From contig NC_043004.1 of the NCBI RefSeq assembly GCF_006345805.1, forward strand, positions 40,362,001-40,426,000: DNA of 64,000 nucleotides. The letters are read 5' to 3'. The stretch's first letter is position 1, and each line of letters begins with the position of its first letter. Below are positions 35,266 to 47,977 of the stretch, one piece after another. This stretch comes from Octopus sinensis. Lineage: Eukaryota. The position numbers and the translations under genes were made by a program. Below the pieces are notes generated by a model, which worked only from the letters and a program-made list of their open reading frames with translations, was not told the DNA's origin and did no database searches.

Positions 35266-35455
35266 AGAATTCACAAAAAAAATAAAAGACAAAGACAGGT
35301 GGTGTAGACAACAAACAGATGTATTAATATAACACTTGGGATGTGAAAAAGTCTTTAACATTTCGAGCCTATGTTCTTCCACAGAAAGGAACACAGAAAG
35401 AAACAAGGAGAGAAAATAAAGCATGTGTAGTGGCTAGTGATCTATCATGGTGAAT
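35263..35455 (-). mobile_element. (TA)n-flanked Penelope-like short repeat with a decayed hammerhead-like core
   Basis: minus strand CTGTGGAAGAACATAGGCTCGAAATGTT. Confidence 0.4.
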
Positions 35456-35514
35456 GATATATATATTATATATATATATATATATGATATGATATATGAT
35501 TATATATATATACG

Positions 35515-35675
35515 ATGGGCTTCTTCCAGTTTCTGTCTACGAAATCCACACACAAGGCTTTGGTCAGCCCAAGGCTATAGTAGAAGACACCTGCCCAAGG
35601 TGCCATGCAGTGGAATTGAACCTGGAACCATGTTGTTAGGAAGCAAACTTCTTACCACATAGCCATGTCTGTGCC
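35515..35675 (-). mobile_element. SINE-A 5' half
   Basis: GGGCTTCTT...CTTACCACATAGCCA. Confidence 0.75.
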
Positions 35676-36514
35676 TATAATATATTCATAGATTCATCCA
35701 AAGATAAAAGAAAAAGAAATAGAGTACAAAGAAGGAAAATACCATTTACTTGTTCAGACACATCAAAAGAAAGTTCTTCAATGCATTCCATAACTGCTTA
35801 CTTTGGTGGAGCAATTTTGTTTCCTTTCAAAATTCTTATTCCCAAGACAACTCGCAAATATTTGGAGACACGGCCTAACAAATTTTTTCTCCATCAGCGA
35901 AAGGCTTTCAATTTTTAACCATTGCTAAAACAATTCCACAGGATACTTCTTTCATTGCCTAACTTTCATAACTTCTTTCAACAAATATGTTTTGTCTTCT
36001 TTTGAGTTCTTCCATTTTCTAAATCACGTATTCTTTCTCTAACTGCAAACCCTGACATTAGTTTCAGCTTTCCTTCTATTTTAGTCCGATATTGTGTTTC
36101 CTAGTTTCTGTTAAGATCATGTCTGCTATTATGTGTAAAAAAACTATTTTTGCAAACAATGCACAATAGTTTTTTTTTGTTTTTTTTTCCCAGAAGGACT
36201 CACTATAAATAACACTTCATTGATTTCACACTAACATTCTCTGCTTTTCTTTTGTTAATTATTTATTATTTATTTTATTATTTTCTCTTTTTTTTTTTGC
36301 ACTGTGATGGATAAAGTAAAGACAGGACTCAATTTTCTAAAAAAAATTGTATGAACTTGTGAATCTTCAGAAGGAACAAACGAGGTGCGACTCTGTAACA
36401 TTGGAGTGTCAGTTGTAAATTGACAAGTTCAAAGCTGTGATAGATATTAATTACTGTGGCCTCGGGTTCAAACAGGTATCAAACATACATTAAGCATTTA
36501 TGGGAGGATGTGCA

Positions 36515-37045
36515 CAGTCATCATCATCATCATCGTCATCATCATTTAATGTCCGTTTTCCATGCTGGTATGCTATGGGCAGTTCCACAGGAGCTGGCCA
36601 GCTGGAGAAGTCAACCAACTCACGCGATACAAATACAGTCTGTAAGTGGAACAGTAAAAATATGCAAGACTTTTTTAAAGTTAAAAATGTGACATTGTTT
36701 TTATTATCTACTTTCCAATGATGGAGCTTTGTATCTTTCTTAGAAACCAACTCCTTTCCTGGAACAACAACAACGAATATGACGACGACGACGACATCGT
36801 TGTCGGCGTCGGCGTCATCATCATCATCATCATCTAAAGTCTGTTTTCCATGCTGGCACAGGTTGGACGGTTTGGCAGGAACTGGCCCAATGGAGAACTT
36901 GCCCAGGCTCCATTTGTCTGTTTTGGCATGGTTTCTATGGTTGGATGCCCTTCCTAATGCCAACCACTTTACAGAGTGCACCGGATGCCTCTAACATGGT
37001 ACCAGCATACGTACTTTTATGTGGCACCAGCATGGGTGCTTTTAC
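36515..37045 (-). mobile_element. two old RTE-type terminal fragments
   Basis: (CAT)n-TTAATGTCCG-CCATGCTGG; TGGATGCCCTTCCTAATGCCAACC. Confidence 0.65.
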
Positions 37046-37469
37046 ATACAATTTCTAATAATTTTATGCATCATTTCTAGCAGATGCATCAATGACTGGC
37101 CACCTGACATAGAAGCTCTCTTATGGGCTCATGATGCATCTTCACTGGTTTGCTACCAGAACCAGAAGTAAATAGGTCAAACAGATACCTGACCAGATTC
37201 CAGTTCATGTAAGGTGGCCAAATGGATAAACTATGGGACTACTTACTTCTATATCATGAGTTCAAAATCAAAGCAGAACATTTCATCAGTGTTGCTGTTC
37301 AATACATTTTGTTTGTTATTTTGCATTGCCTCAGTTTTATAACAGGAAAATTCACTGACAGCATTTATAAACCAACAGTTGGTAAATTTGCTTTTAAGCA
37401 ATTGTCCAATCAACATATTCATTGACGGCAAATTTTCATCATTTAACATCATAGTTTTGATAATTTTAC

Positions 37470-38330
37470 AGAAGTAAAAAAGTAAATAATTCGTGGGGTA
37501 TATGCAGGAATAGAGAGAATCCAAAATCTATTCATTCTCAATATGTTCTGGTAGATTCAAAACATGAATATATGATCACTGTTATTATTTACTATTGGAG
37601 AAAATATTTTTTTCATTATGATGTGTTTATAACACATTATTCATTGACATAAGGGGACCTCAAAACACTGTGGTGTTTTGACCTTGTTTTGTGTCTCTTC
37701 AGTTGAAGCAGTCCTGGACCAGTGAATTTCCTCACAAGAGCACAAATTCTTGTACATAGGAATCAGCAAACAAATTATTTGCTGCTGTGTGCTGATGCTT
37801 TCCAAACAGATAATAATTCATAGGATTGCATGCAGAACAGTGAGAATCTGAACAATAATGTATTCATTCTCAATGCCTTCTAGCAAATTCAAACATGAAT
37901 ATTTGACCACTGTTGTTTTATATTATCAAAGAACACCTCCGCCTTGTAAACACATGTGCTTTCATTACACATGTGATTCATCGATATAAGGGAAAATTGA
38001 AACATCTTGGTATTTCAGCCTTTATATGTGTTTCAACAGACTGGTGAATTTCACAAGAGCATGGACTTTTGTTTATAGACTTCACAAACAAATTATTTGC
38101 TGATGCATACTGATGTCTGCCAAAAAAAGATAATAAATTATGGGGTGCTTACAGAACTGCAAGAATACAAACAACAATGTGTCTCTTTGGTCTTTATATG
38201 TTCTGGCAGATTCAAATATGATTATCTAATTGCTGTTGTTATACATCATCAGAGAAAACCTCTTTTCTTTATGTGGGATGTGTGCTCATAACACACATGA
38301 TTCCCTGGTGTAAGACACTTGTTTTAGGCA
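37470..38330. repeat. ancient diverged tandem repeat, ~330-bp period, about 2.5-3 units
   Basis: TATTCATTCTCAAT at 37529/37861; ATATGTTCTGG.AGATTCAAA at 37541/38196; CAAACAAATTATTTGCTG twice. Confidence 0.8.
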
Positions 38331-38402
38331 TAAAATTTATTTTAAAATAAAACATTGATTAAAACATTGAAAGAGTTTCTTAAATGCTATGAGCTAAACC
38401 TC

Positions 38403-38640
38403 TTAACCCGTTGATATTTAAACCAGCCATATCACCATATCCAGCCAAAATATTCTTCATGTTTTATCTTCAAACTGCACAGATCTGGCCTCTCACACTT
38501 ACCCTACAATATTATTCTAAAATTAAGCAATCCCATTATTAAAAAATCTCAAAGCTACAAGGTAATGCATGACTAATTCAAAACAATTTGAATAAACAAT
38601 ACATTTGACAGAGAAAGCTGAATGTTAGAATTAAATAAGG
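38403..38640 (+). mobile_element. piggyBac-like MITE fragment
   Basis: TTAACCC start; homologous to 39410-39495, 60765-60945 and 61980-62077 (ends AAGGGTTAA). Confidence 0.45.
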
Positions 38641-39519
38641 AATGACAGTGTGAGAATATTATGGTACCAATGATAACTATGATTATTTATTGGTAAAAGG
38701 TAGAAGTGGCTATTCCAGCTATAACTGAAGTAGATGAGGAGGAACATTCTGATGAGATTCAAAAGAACCAAAATTAAATGATCAAATAATGCAAAGCTGA
38801 CTTGATGCAAATTGCAGGCGTCATGTCATAACTTGTACAAATTAGATGATGTAAGGATAGTGAACAAGAAAAACAAATATTTCCAATGAAATAAAAAAAA
38901 ATTTTTTATTCAAATGATTAAATTGTTGGTAAGAACTAAGTTTACACAAACTTCAGTGAAAATGTTTTAAAATATTACAATGTACATATTTTATGGCAAG
39001 AAGACTGTGCAAGACAGAACAAGCTAAAAAATATATGATTATCTTTCTTTCTTATATGAGAAAAATAACATGCTAAAAGGAAACATGAGGTGAGAGGCTA
39101 TGCAGGTGCATTAGACAATACAGTCACAACTTTTATTATAATATTTTGGTGGTTGCTGTACAGGTGTGAGCAGTTATAAAGTTCAAAGGTTTGTAGTCAC
39201 ACTTTGTTCCGTTGTGTGAAAAGTTTATGGGGAAAATAAACTTCAGAAGAATATGATTCCATGCAAAATTTTATTATTCTTGAATGAATAAACTGGCAGC
39301 GTTCCATGTTGCAGATAGCAGCACATCATGGCAATTGCCTTAAGTTGGTTCCAAAATCACTATTTATAGAGATGTAGAGGCACAAAGCTACTTATAAATA
39401 AAGTATAGTTTAACTCTTTAATGTTCAGATTTTTCAGTCAAATGTAAAGCTTATTTATTCACATTGTTTTGAATTAATTAGCCATATCTCATTGTACATT
39501 ACAGACACAGACACACAAA

Positions 39520-39578
39520 TACACACACACACAAACACAGACACACAAATATACAGACACAAACACAGACACACAAAT

Positions 39579-39609
<31 letters not shown>

Positions 39610-39782
39610 CATATATATGACAGCCTTCTTTCAGTTTCTGTCTACAAAATCCACTCACAAGGCTTTGGTCAGCTCAAGGCTGTAGTAGAAGACACTTGCC
39701 CAAGGTGCCACGCAGTGGGACTGAACCCAGAACCATGTGGCTGGTAAGCAAGCTACTTACCACACAGCCACTCCTGCGCCTA
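39520..39782 (-). mobile_element. SINE-A, 5' and central part
   Basis: ...ACCACACAGCCACTCCTGCGCC. Confidence 0.8.
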
Positions 39783-40144
39783 TGTATGTTCTCTTCTAAT
39801 TATTTGAATTCTTCCTGTAGAGGAGAAGCTGGTTTTTAACAAAGATGCAAAGCTCCCTCATTGAAATGTATATAACAAAAAGAACGTGACATTTTGAACT
39901 TGAGAAAAGTCTCGCATATTTTTACTGTTCCATTATATTAGTAATGAGCAAATTAAGCTGATTGATTTTTTTTTCTTCTGAAAACCCAATCTTTTCCAGT
40001 TTATCATTTAGGCATTTACTCACATGACCAACTGCAGCAATTATTATTCGTATAAATGCAAATCTATAATCTGAATGTAGAACCTGCAAGTCTCAAAGCA
40101 GTTGTCCATAGTTATCCTCTTTCTCTTAGATTTTTGAAAAGAGA

Positions 40145-40485
40145 TTTTGCCAGCTCTGCCTGGCCCCCGTGTCGGTGGCACGTAAAAGCACCATCTGTTC
40201 ATGTCCGTTGCCAGCATCGCCTGGCCCCCGTGCCGGTGACACGTAAAAGCACCATCTGTTCGTGGCCGTTTGCCAGCTCTGTCTGGCACCTGTGCGGGTG
40301 GCATGTAAAAAGCACCCACGACACTCATGGAGTGGTTGGCGTTAGGAAGGGCATCCAGCCGTAGAAACATTGCCAGATCTGACTGGGCCTGATGAAGCCT
40401 TCCAGCTTCACAGACCCCAGTTGAACCGTCCAACCCGTGCTAGCATGGAAAACGCACGTTAAATGATGATGATGATGATGATGAT
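40145..40485 (+). mobile_element. RTE-A 3' fragment (3 VNTR units + terminal domain)
   Basis: very similar to the reverse complement of 18388-18700. Confidence 0.85.
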
Positions 40486-40621
40486 TTATATTAGCAGGGT
40501 AGCTGACTTCTGTCTACTTTTTCTTCTCTGTCTCAAACAACGATGTTCAGCCTATTATGCTTGCATTTGGCAGAAGTTTGATGTAAATATTCCTTTTGTT
40601 GATGTTTATGTATGTTTATAT

Positions 40622-41035
40622 AGGCGTAGGAGTGGCTGTGTGGTAAGTAGCTTGCTTACCAACGACATGGTTCAGGGTTCAGTCCCACTACGTGGCACCT
40701 TGGGCAAGTGTCTTCTTCTATAGCCTTGGGTCAACCAAAGCCTTGTGAGTGGATTTGGTAGACAGAAACTGAAAGAAGCCTGTCGTATATATGTATATAT
40801 ATATGTATGTGTGTATGTGTTTGTGTGTCTGTGTTTGTCCTCCCAACATTGCTTGACATCCGATGCTTGTGTGTTTACGTCCCCATAACTTAGCAGTACA
40901 ACAAAAGAGACCGATAGAATAAGTACTAGGCTTACAAAAAATAAGTCCTGGGGTCAATTTGCTCGACTAAAGGTGGTGCTCCAGCATGGCCACAGTCAAA
41001 TAACTGGAACAAGTAAAAGAGTAAAAGAGTAAAGA
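40622..41035 (+). mobile_element. SINE-A, full length
   Basis: head, central microsatellite, GTAAAAGAGT tail. Confidence 0.85.
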
Positions 41036-41367
41036 GTATTCAATGACAGCAGTGTTTTCTATATTTATCCCAGAACAACCTTGTTTTTGGTTAACGTTGT
41101 ATATTGTTTTAGCGACACTATGTTACGCTGAGAGATAGTACCAGGAGGAGGGCATTTTGGGGCAGCAGCAGATCAGATGTATGATGTCTTCAACAGAAAT
41201 GTGACCTTATCAATATTTTTGGTTTCATTTTGCAATTGTAAAGGTTTTCCCATCCCATTTGTTTACAAGGTGTTTTGCAGCAATCTCTGACTCTTGGATT
41301 GCAAATGCATAACCTTCAAAGTGTAATATATGTTATGTGTATGTATGTATGTATGTATGTATGTATG

Positions 41368-41398
<31 letters not shown>

Positions 41399-41439
41399 TA
41401 TGTATGTATGTATGTAAAAACATGCTCATATATTCTTTT

Positions 41440-41640
41440 CTACTCTTGGCACAAGGCCTGAAATTTTGGTGGAGAGGGGCAGTCGATTAGATTAACCCTA
41501 GCATGCAACTGGTACTTAATTTATCGACCCTGAAAGAAAGAAAGGCAAAGCCAAGCTTGGCAGAAATTGAACTCAGAACGTAAAGACAGACAAAATACCG
41601 CTAAGAATTTTGCCCAGCGTGCTAATGCCAGCATGCTTCA
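41440..41640 (-). mobile_element. SINE-B
   Basis: GGCACAAGGCC...ACTGGTACTT...GAACTCAGAACG. Confidence 0.72.
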
Positions 41641-42974
41641 ACCAGCTTGCCACTTTAACATGCTCATATATACTTAAATGATAAACTTCTGGAAAGTTTT
41701 ACTGGTGTATGTGTGTATGTATGTATGTATGTATGTATGTATGTATGTATGTATGTATGTATGTATGTGTGTGTGTGTATGTATGTATGTATGTATGTAC
41801 ACATGCATGTATGCTTGCAGGTTTATATATATATGCATATATATGGGAATGTGTATGCATGCATGCATGCATGTCTGTATGTATGTATGCATGTTTGTAT
41901 GTAATCTAAGCACATATACTCCATAATAGAAATTGTACATCAAAACTATCGACCAAATCAATTTACAACTCAATAACTGGTACAAGTAAGGGAGAGAATT
42001 CATCCAACATGTGCAACATTCTTGAAAGAAAGTAGATTCACAATCCAAACCTTTGATTACAAAAATAAGAAAGAGACAGTTAAGTATGAGATTCAGAAAT
42101 GACCAAAAGTTTTAAAAGAGATAATGTAATTCTAATCCAGAATTGGATTTTCTTTTTGCACAATTTAACATAATAATAAAGTCACAAATTAATTCTTTCA
42201 ATTGATTTGATAGTTCTCTTTGAGTGGTGCAGTTCTTCAATAGAAGCAATAGGCAGAGTAAAGATCATTGATGTAACCTTACTGCAGCAGTTTATTAAAG
42301 AGTCTCCCTTGTGATATACAGAATTGTCATGGAATAAAGATTTAGAATTGAGTGTGTTATTGAGATTTGGAAATTAAGTCAGCAATTGGTAAATCTGATT
42401 CCATAAGTGTTTCACCTGAAGATGCCAGCAGTTATTGAGATGTATCACAAAGTGAGATAATGTCAAGTGCTCTATTACCATTTTATTCATGTTTGATATC
42501 TCGTAGATGTAAAATCAGGTCACAAATTAGGTCTTTCAAGTGGCTTCATGGATCTCTTTGAACAACAAAAGTCGATCAGCAGGAGTGATAGCCATGGCAG
42601 GACTCTGTGAAATAATCTCACTTTCACTGTTAATTAAAGAGTGTTCCTATACAGAAATAGAATTGTAAAGACTGACAAAAATAAGATGCCGGATGGTTGA
42701 ACTTCCTTCATATTTCGATGTAGAAATGTGAAAGTATGTTCTGACGGCTCGTCTTGAATGAGTCCTATTATTAATCAACCAATTTACTTGGTGTGGGCAT
42801 CTAAGAAAAATGGCTTTTTATTCTACACTTGTGACAAATGACATCACTTATTGGACACTCTCCGCTGTCATATTCTATACTTCTGACAAGAGAAAAGAAA
42901 ACATCGTTTCTGAGAAACAGCTGCTGAAAGAGTTGCCAGTTTAGTGGTCTCCTTCGTTATAGCAGTAGTATTTA

Positions 42975-42978
42975 CCAA

Positions 42979-43009
<31 letters not shown>

Positions 43010-43398
43010 CCACCACCACACCACAATCGTCACTGTTATGAACAGCATTTCCACCACCACTGCCATCACTACCACCACCACAACCACCACCACCACCAGC
43101 AGCATCACCACTACCACCACCAGCCACTAGCATCAGCATCAACATCATCACCATCAATGCAACCACAACCACCATCACCACCACCGCCACCACCACCATC
43201 AATTCAACCACCACCACTGCAACTACCTCCACCACCAACTCTACCACCACCACCACCACCTCCACCAGCAGCAGTAGTATTCTTTTATTCTTTTACTTGT
43301 TTCAGTCAGATGATTGCAGCCATGCTGGTTACAGGGGTGTAAACGCACCAACACTGGTTGCCAAGTGATGGGGGGGCACAAAGACACACACACAAACA

Positions 43399-43430
<32 letters not shown>

Positions 43431-43575
43431 GATGATGATCATGATCATGATCATGATCATCATCATCATCATCATCACCACCACCACCACCACCATCATC
43501 ATCACCATCACCATCATCATCATCATCATCATCACCACCACCATCACCATCACCATCATCATCATCATCATCATT
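42975..43575. repeat. compound (GAT)n/(CAC)n/(CAT)n simple repeats
   Basis: direct inspection. Confidence 0.92.
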
Positions 43576-44500
43576 TAGCATCTTCTCTTCCAAGCTGGCA
43601 TGAGTTGGACAATTTGACAGGAGCTGGAAAAACAAGGGGACTTTGCCAAGCTCCACCATCTGCTTCAGCATGGTTTTTTTTATGACGGGATGCCCTTCCT
43701 TACACTAATCAGTTTACAAAGTGGACTGGGTGTTTTTCACCTGGCACCAGCACTGAACAAGGTCAGGCATCATGATTATAAACATTAGAATCCTTTTGTG
43801 ATTTGTCTAATATTCTGGTTTGTGATATAGCTGTTTCCAAGACCAAATATTCTGTGTGTTATATCATTCAACAATATTTCCCAAAATAAAAGCTTCCATT
43901 AAAAAAATCTTCATCTTTTAGTTCTTATTTTTTAATCCTTTAACTTTTAACTCTTTTCATTCACCACCTGGGACGAGGTGGTGAAGCACGACCTTTGAAC
44001 ATTAGGTCTCACCGAGGCAATGACTAGTGACCGAGACATTTGGAAGTATGCTGTGCATGAGAAGACTCGGCAGGACAAGTGAGACCATAACCCATGGCCT
44101 CTACCTGGGATGTAGCCAGCCCACTTATGCATACCTTTCCTTCTTGCGACACAAAACTCTACTTGTGAAGACCTGTTGAGGCAAGTGAAATCGAAATCGA
44201 TCAAAATCAATGGAAATTGTAGTTGTGATACTAGTGCCGGTGGTATGTAAGAGAACCATCCAAACGTGGCCGTTGCCAGCGCCGCCCCGACTGGCCTCAT
44301 GCCGGTGGTACGTAAAAGCACCCACTACACTCACGGAGTGGTTGGCGTTAGGAAGGGCATCTAGCTGTAGAAACACTGCCAGATCAGACTGGGCCTGGTG
44401 CAGCCTTCTGGCTTCCCAGACCCCAGTTGAACCGTCCATTCCATGCTAGCATGGAAAGCGGACGTTAAACGATGATGATGATGATGATGAGGATGATGAT
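43560..44500. mobile_element. RTE terminal fragment (minus, 43560-43760) and RTE-A 3' fragment (plus, 43965-44500)
   Basis: ACCTGGGACGAGGTGGTGAAGCACGACC ORF end, UTR, AAATC linker, VNTR, terminal domain. Confidence 0.8.
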
Positions 44501-44504
44501 TCAT

Positions 44505-45400
44505 TGGACTGTGGCCATGCATGGGCCCTGCCATGAAAGGTTTAGTTGAGTAAATTCTCCCCAGTACTTTATTTTTTAAGGCCTGGTACTTATTATATTG
44601 GTTTCTTTATTGCCCACAGGGGGCTAAACATAGAGGAGATAAACAAGGACATGCAAAGGGTTTAAGTCGATTATATCGACCCCAGTGCATAACTGGTACG
44701 TATTTAATCAACCCCAAAAGGATGAAAGGCAAAGTTGACTTTGGCGGAATTTGCACTTAGAATGAAATGCCAGCACATGAAATACCTATTTCTTTACTAC
44801 CCACAAGGGGCTAAACAACAGATGGGACAAACAAGGACACAAGGGTCTAAACAACGGATGGGACAAACAAGGACACACAAATGGATCAAGTCGATTACAT
44901 CGACCCCAGTGTGTAACTGGTACTTATTTAATCAACCCCAAAAGGATGAAAGGCAAAGTCGACCTTGGCAGAATTTGAACTGAGAACGTAGCAACAGACG
45001 AAATACGGTTAAACATTTTGCCCAGTGTGCTAAAGATTCTGCCAGCTCGCCGCCTGATATTTATTATATTGGTTTCTTTTTGATTGAACTGTTAAGTTAT
45101 GGGGACATTTACAAACTAATAGTCGCTGTGAAACAGGGTGGAGGGAACACACACAATCACAAAGACACACACACATATACATATCAATATTTGTTTACAC
45201 ATACACACACAAACACACACACAAACACACATACACAAACATATACGATGGTCTTCTTTCAGTTTCTGTCTACCAAATCCACCTACAAGATTTTGGTTGA
45301 CTCAGGACTATAGTTGAAGACACTTGCCCAAGGTGCTGTGCAGTGGAAATGAACCCAGAACCATGTAATTGGGAAGCAAGCTTCTTACCGCACAGCCACA
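44505..45400 (-). mobile_element. SINE-A interrupted by a SINE-B dimer (44609-45060)
   Basis: 19-bp direct repeat TTATTATATTGGTTTCTTT at 44590-44608 and 45061-45079. Confidence 0.75.
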
Positions 45401-45879
45401 CTTGTTCTCAATTATATATTGACTTTGCAGCTATTAATTTTTAAAATAAAGAAGTATTCCATAAAATATCTTTGCCATCATTAAGCTGGTATTTGGAACA
45501 TAAATTAATATTAAATTTTTAGATGGAACATTTAATTTAAGATCACTTTAAAACATGAAGCTTGTATCATAGAACCAGAAGATATCTCAGATGGATTGGT
45601 AGAAAACAAGGATTGCAAAAAAAAGGATTAAAAAAAGGATTAAAAAGGCAATTTATCACGTCTTCGTTGCTATAACAATCGGTAATGTATTTGAATAGTT
45701 TCTGAGCTGTGAAGTTTGTGAGGGCGTGTGTAGTCTGTTGAGACTTGGAAGAGAACTTGGAAAATGATCAAATGTGTGTAACCAGTGTCTGCTTTTAGAA
45801 GATGATGCAGTTGTGAGACTGAGAATGAATTGTGCTGAGTCATCTGGGATGAAGAACTTTGTCCATATTTCATTTGGCA

Positions 45880-46725
45880 ATGGCTGTGGTGGTGGTGGTG
45901 GTGGTGGTTGCAGTGGTGATGGTGGTGGTAGTTGCAGCGATGGTGGTGGTGGTTGAAGTGATGGTGGTGTTGGTGTTGGTGGTGGTGATGGAAGTAGTGG
46001 TGGTGGTGGAGGTGGTGATAGTGATGGTTGTTGCAGTGGTGGTGGTGGTGGTGTTGGTTGTGGTTGCATTGATGGTGATGATGTTGATGTTGACGCTGCA
46101 GGTTGGTGGTGGTAGTGGTAGTGGTGGTGGGCGATGGTGGTGGTTTTGGTGGTGGTAGTGGTGGAAGTGGTGGTAGTGGTTGCAGTGATGGTGGTGGCTG
46201 TAGTTGCATCGATGGTGATGATGTTGATGTTGATGGTGGTGGTTGGTGGTGGTAGTGGGAGTAGTGGTGGTGCTGGTTTAGGTGTCGGTGGTGTTGGTGT
46301 TGATGTTGGTTGTGGTGGTGGTGTTGGTGCTAGCAGAGGTGTTGGTGGTGGCGACAGCAGTGTTGTTTGTCCCTTCTGAATAGCTGCCTGTAGTCATTGT
46401 CGTCATCGCCGTCGTCATCATCATCATCATTGTTGTCATCATCATCATAGTCATCATCAACGTCGTCATCATTATCATCGTCGTCGCCATCATCATCATC
46501 ATTGTCATCATCATCGTCGTCGTCATTGTCATCGTCGTCGTCATTGTCATCATCATTGTTGTCATCATCGTCGTCATTGCCATCATTATCATTGTCGTCA
46601 TTGTCGTCATCGTCGTCATTGCCATCATCATCATTGTCGTCATCATGCTCATCGTCGTCGTCATTGTCATCACCATCATCATCATCATCATCATCATCGT
46701 TGTCGTTCTCATCATCATCATTTAA
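45880..46725. repeat. (GGT)n-based complex satellite followed by (CAT/CGT)n
   Basis: direct inspection. Confidence 0.92.
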
Positions 46726-46761
46726 TGTTCTTTTTTTTTCCATGTGGGTGATATCTTCCAA

Positions 46762-47087
46762 CTGGCACTCTGTCAGTTATGACAACAAGGGTTCCAGTTG
46801 ATCCGATCAATGGAACAGCCTGCTTGTGTGAAATTAACATGCAAGTGGCTAACCACTCCACAGACATGTGTACCCTTAACATAATTCTCAGGGAGATTCA
46901 GCATGACACAGAATGCAACAAGTCTGTCCCTTTGAATTACAAGTACTACTCAGTTTTGCCAGCTGAGTGGACTGGGGCAATGTGAAATAAAGAGTCTTGC
47001 ACAAGGGCACAACACGTTGCCAGGAATTGAACTGATGACCTTATGATCATAAGCTGAACACCCTAACCACTAAGCCACGTGCCTTCA
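46762..47087 (-). mobile_element. CORE-like tRNA SINE with an alternative 3' tail
   Basis: TGAAGGCACGTGGCTTAGTGG head and CTTGTGCAAGACTCTTTATTTCAC core as in 6083, different tail. Confidence 0.75.
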
Positions 47088-47167
47088 CTATCTTCCAACA
47101 GCTAGGATACAAATCCCTATTTTCTATTACAACAAATATTTAGTAGCTGTCTCCTGATCCTTAATAA

Positions 47168-47601
47168 TAGTTTCAAATTTTGCCACAAGGGCAGCAATTT
47201 TGGTGGAGAGTCAATTACACCGACCCTAGTGTTCAACTGGTACTTATTTTATCGACCCCAAAAGGATGAAAGGCAAAGTCAACCTTGGCGGAATTTGAAC
47301 TCAGAGTGTAGTGGCAGATGAAATACAGCTAAGCATTTCACCCGGTGTGCTAATAATTCTGCTGGCTTGCCTGGTCCTTAATAATGGTTTCAAATTTTGC
47401 TGCAAGGGTAGCAATTTTGCGGGTGGGGAGGAGTCGATTTCATTGACCCAATTGTTTCACTGGTACTTATTTTATCGACCCTGGAAGGACGAAAGGTAAG
47501 GCCAACCTCAGTGGAATTTGAACTCATAACGCAGCAACAGGCAAAGTACTGCTAAGCATTTCGTCCAGCATGCTAACGATTCCGCCAGCTCACTACTTTA
47601 G
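47168..47601 (-). mobile_element. two tandem SINE-B copies
   Basis: bracketed by CCTG(A/G)TCCTTAATAA at 47153, 47370 and 47602. Confidence 0.78.
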
Positions 47602-47734
47602 CCTGGTCCTTAATAACAGAGGTGTGTCCTTCTAGGTGGGATGAGATGCATCTTGTTGCTAACACTGTTGCTATCCTATAACTTGCAGGATGTGTATGTC
47701 TGCATAGCATTCTAATAAAAGCTATCCTGCTTTT

Positions 47735-47934
47735 CTCATTCAATGATAATGACGATTATGATGATCATGATGATGATGACGACCACAATGATGACGACAA
47801 TGATGATGATGATGACGACGACAATAATGATGATGACGATGACACTGATGATGATAATCATGATGGTGACAACAATGATGATGACGACGACGATGATGAT
47901 GATAATGATGATGATGACGACAACCATGACGACA

Positions 47935-47977
<43 letters not shown>

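Larger units (their letters stand above)
33850..36260 (-). mobile_element. hAT (Charlie/SPIN-like) transposase fossil, interrupted by younger repeats
   Basis: LLCIVC...HDLNR (~36160), KPFADGE...PCLQIF (~35890), QMEIINL...YIC..TYRC (34060-33880). Confidence 0.62.

Noticed and set aside
38640-39400. Transposase or host exon in unique AT-rich sequence
   Set aside because: Only short open frames and no diagnostic motif that I could identify.
45656-45870. Coding exon suggested by two open minus-strand frames
   Set aside because: No recognisable motif, only a weak donor, and much of the ORF length comes from the adjacent (GGT)n.
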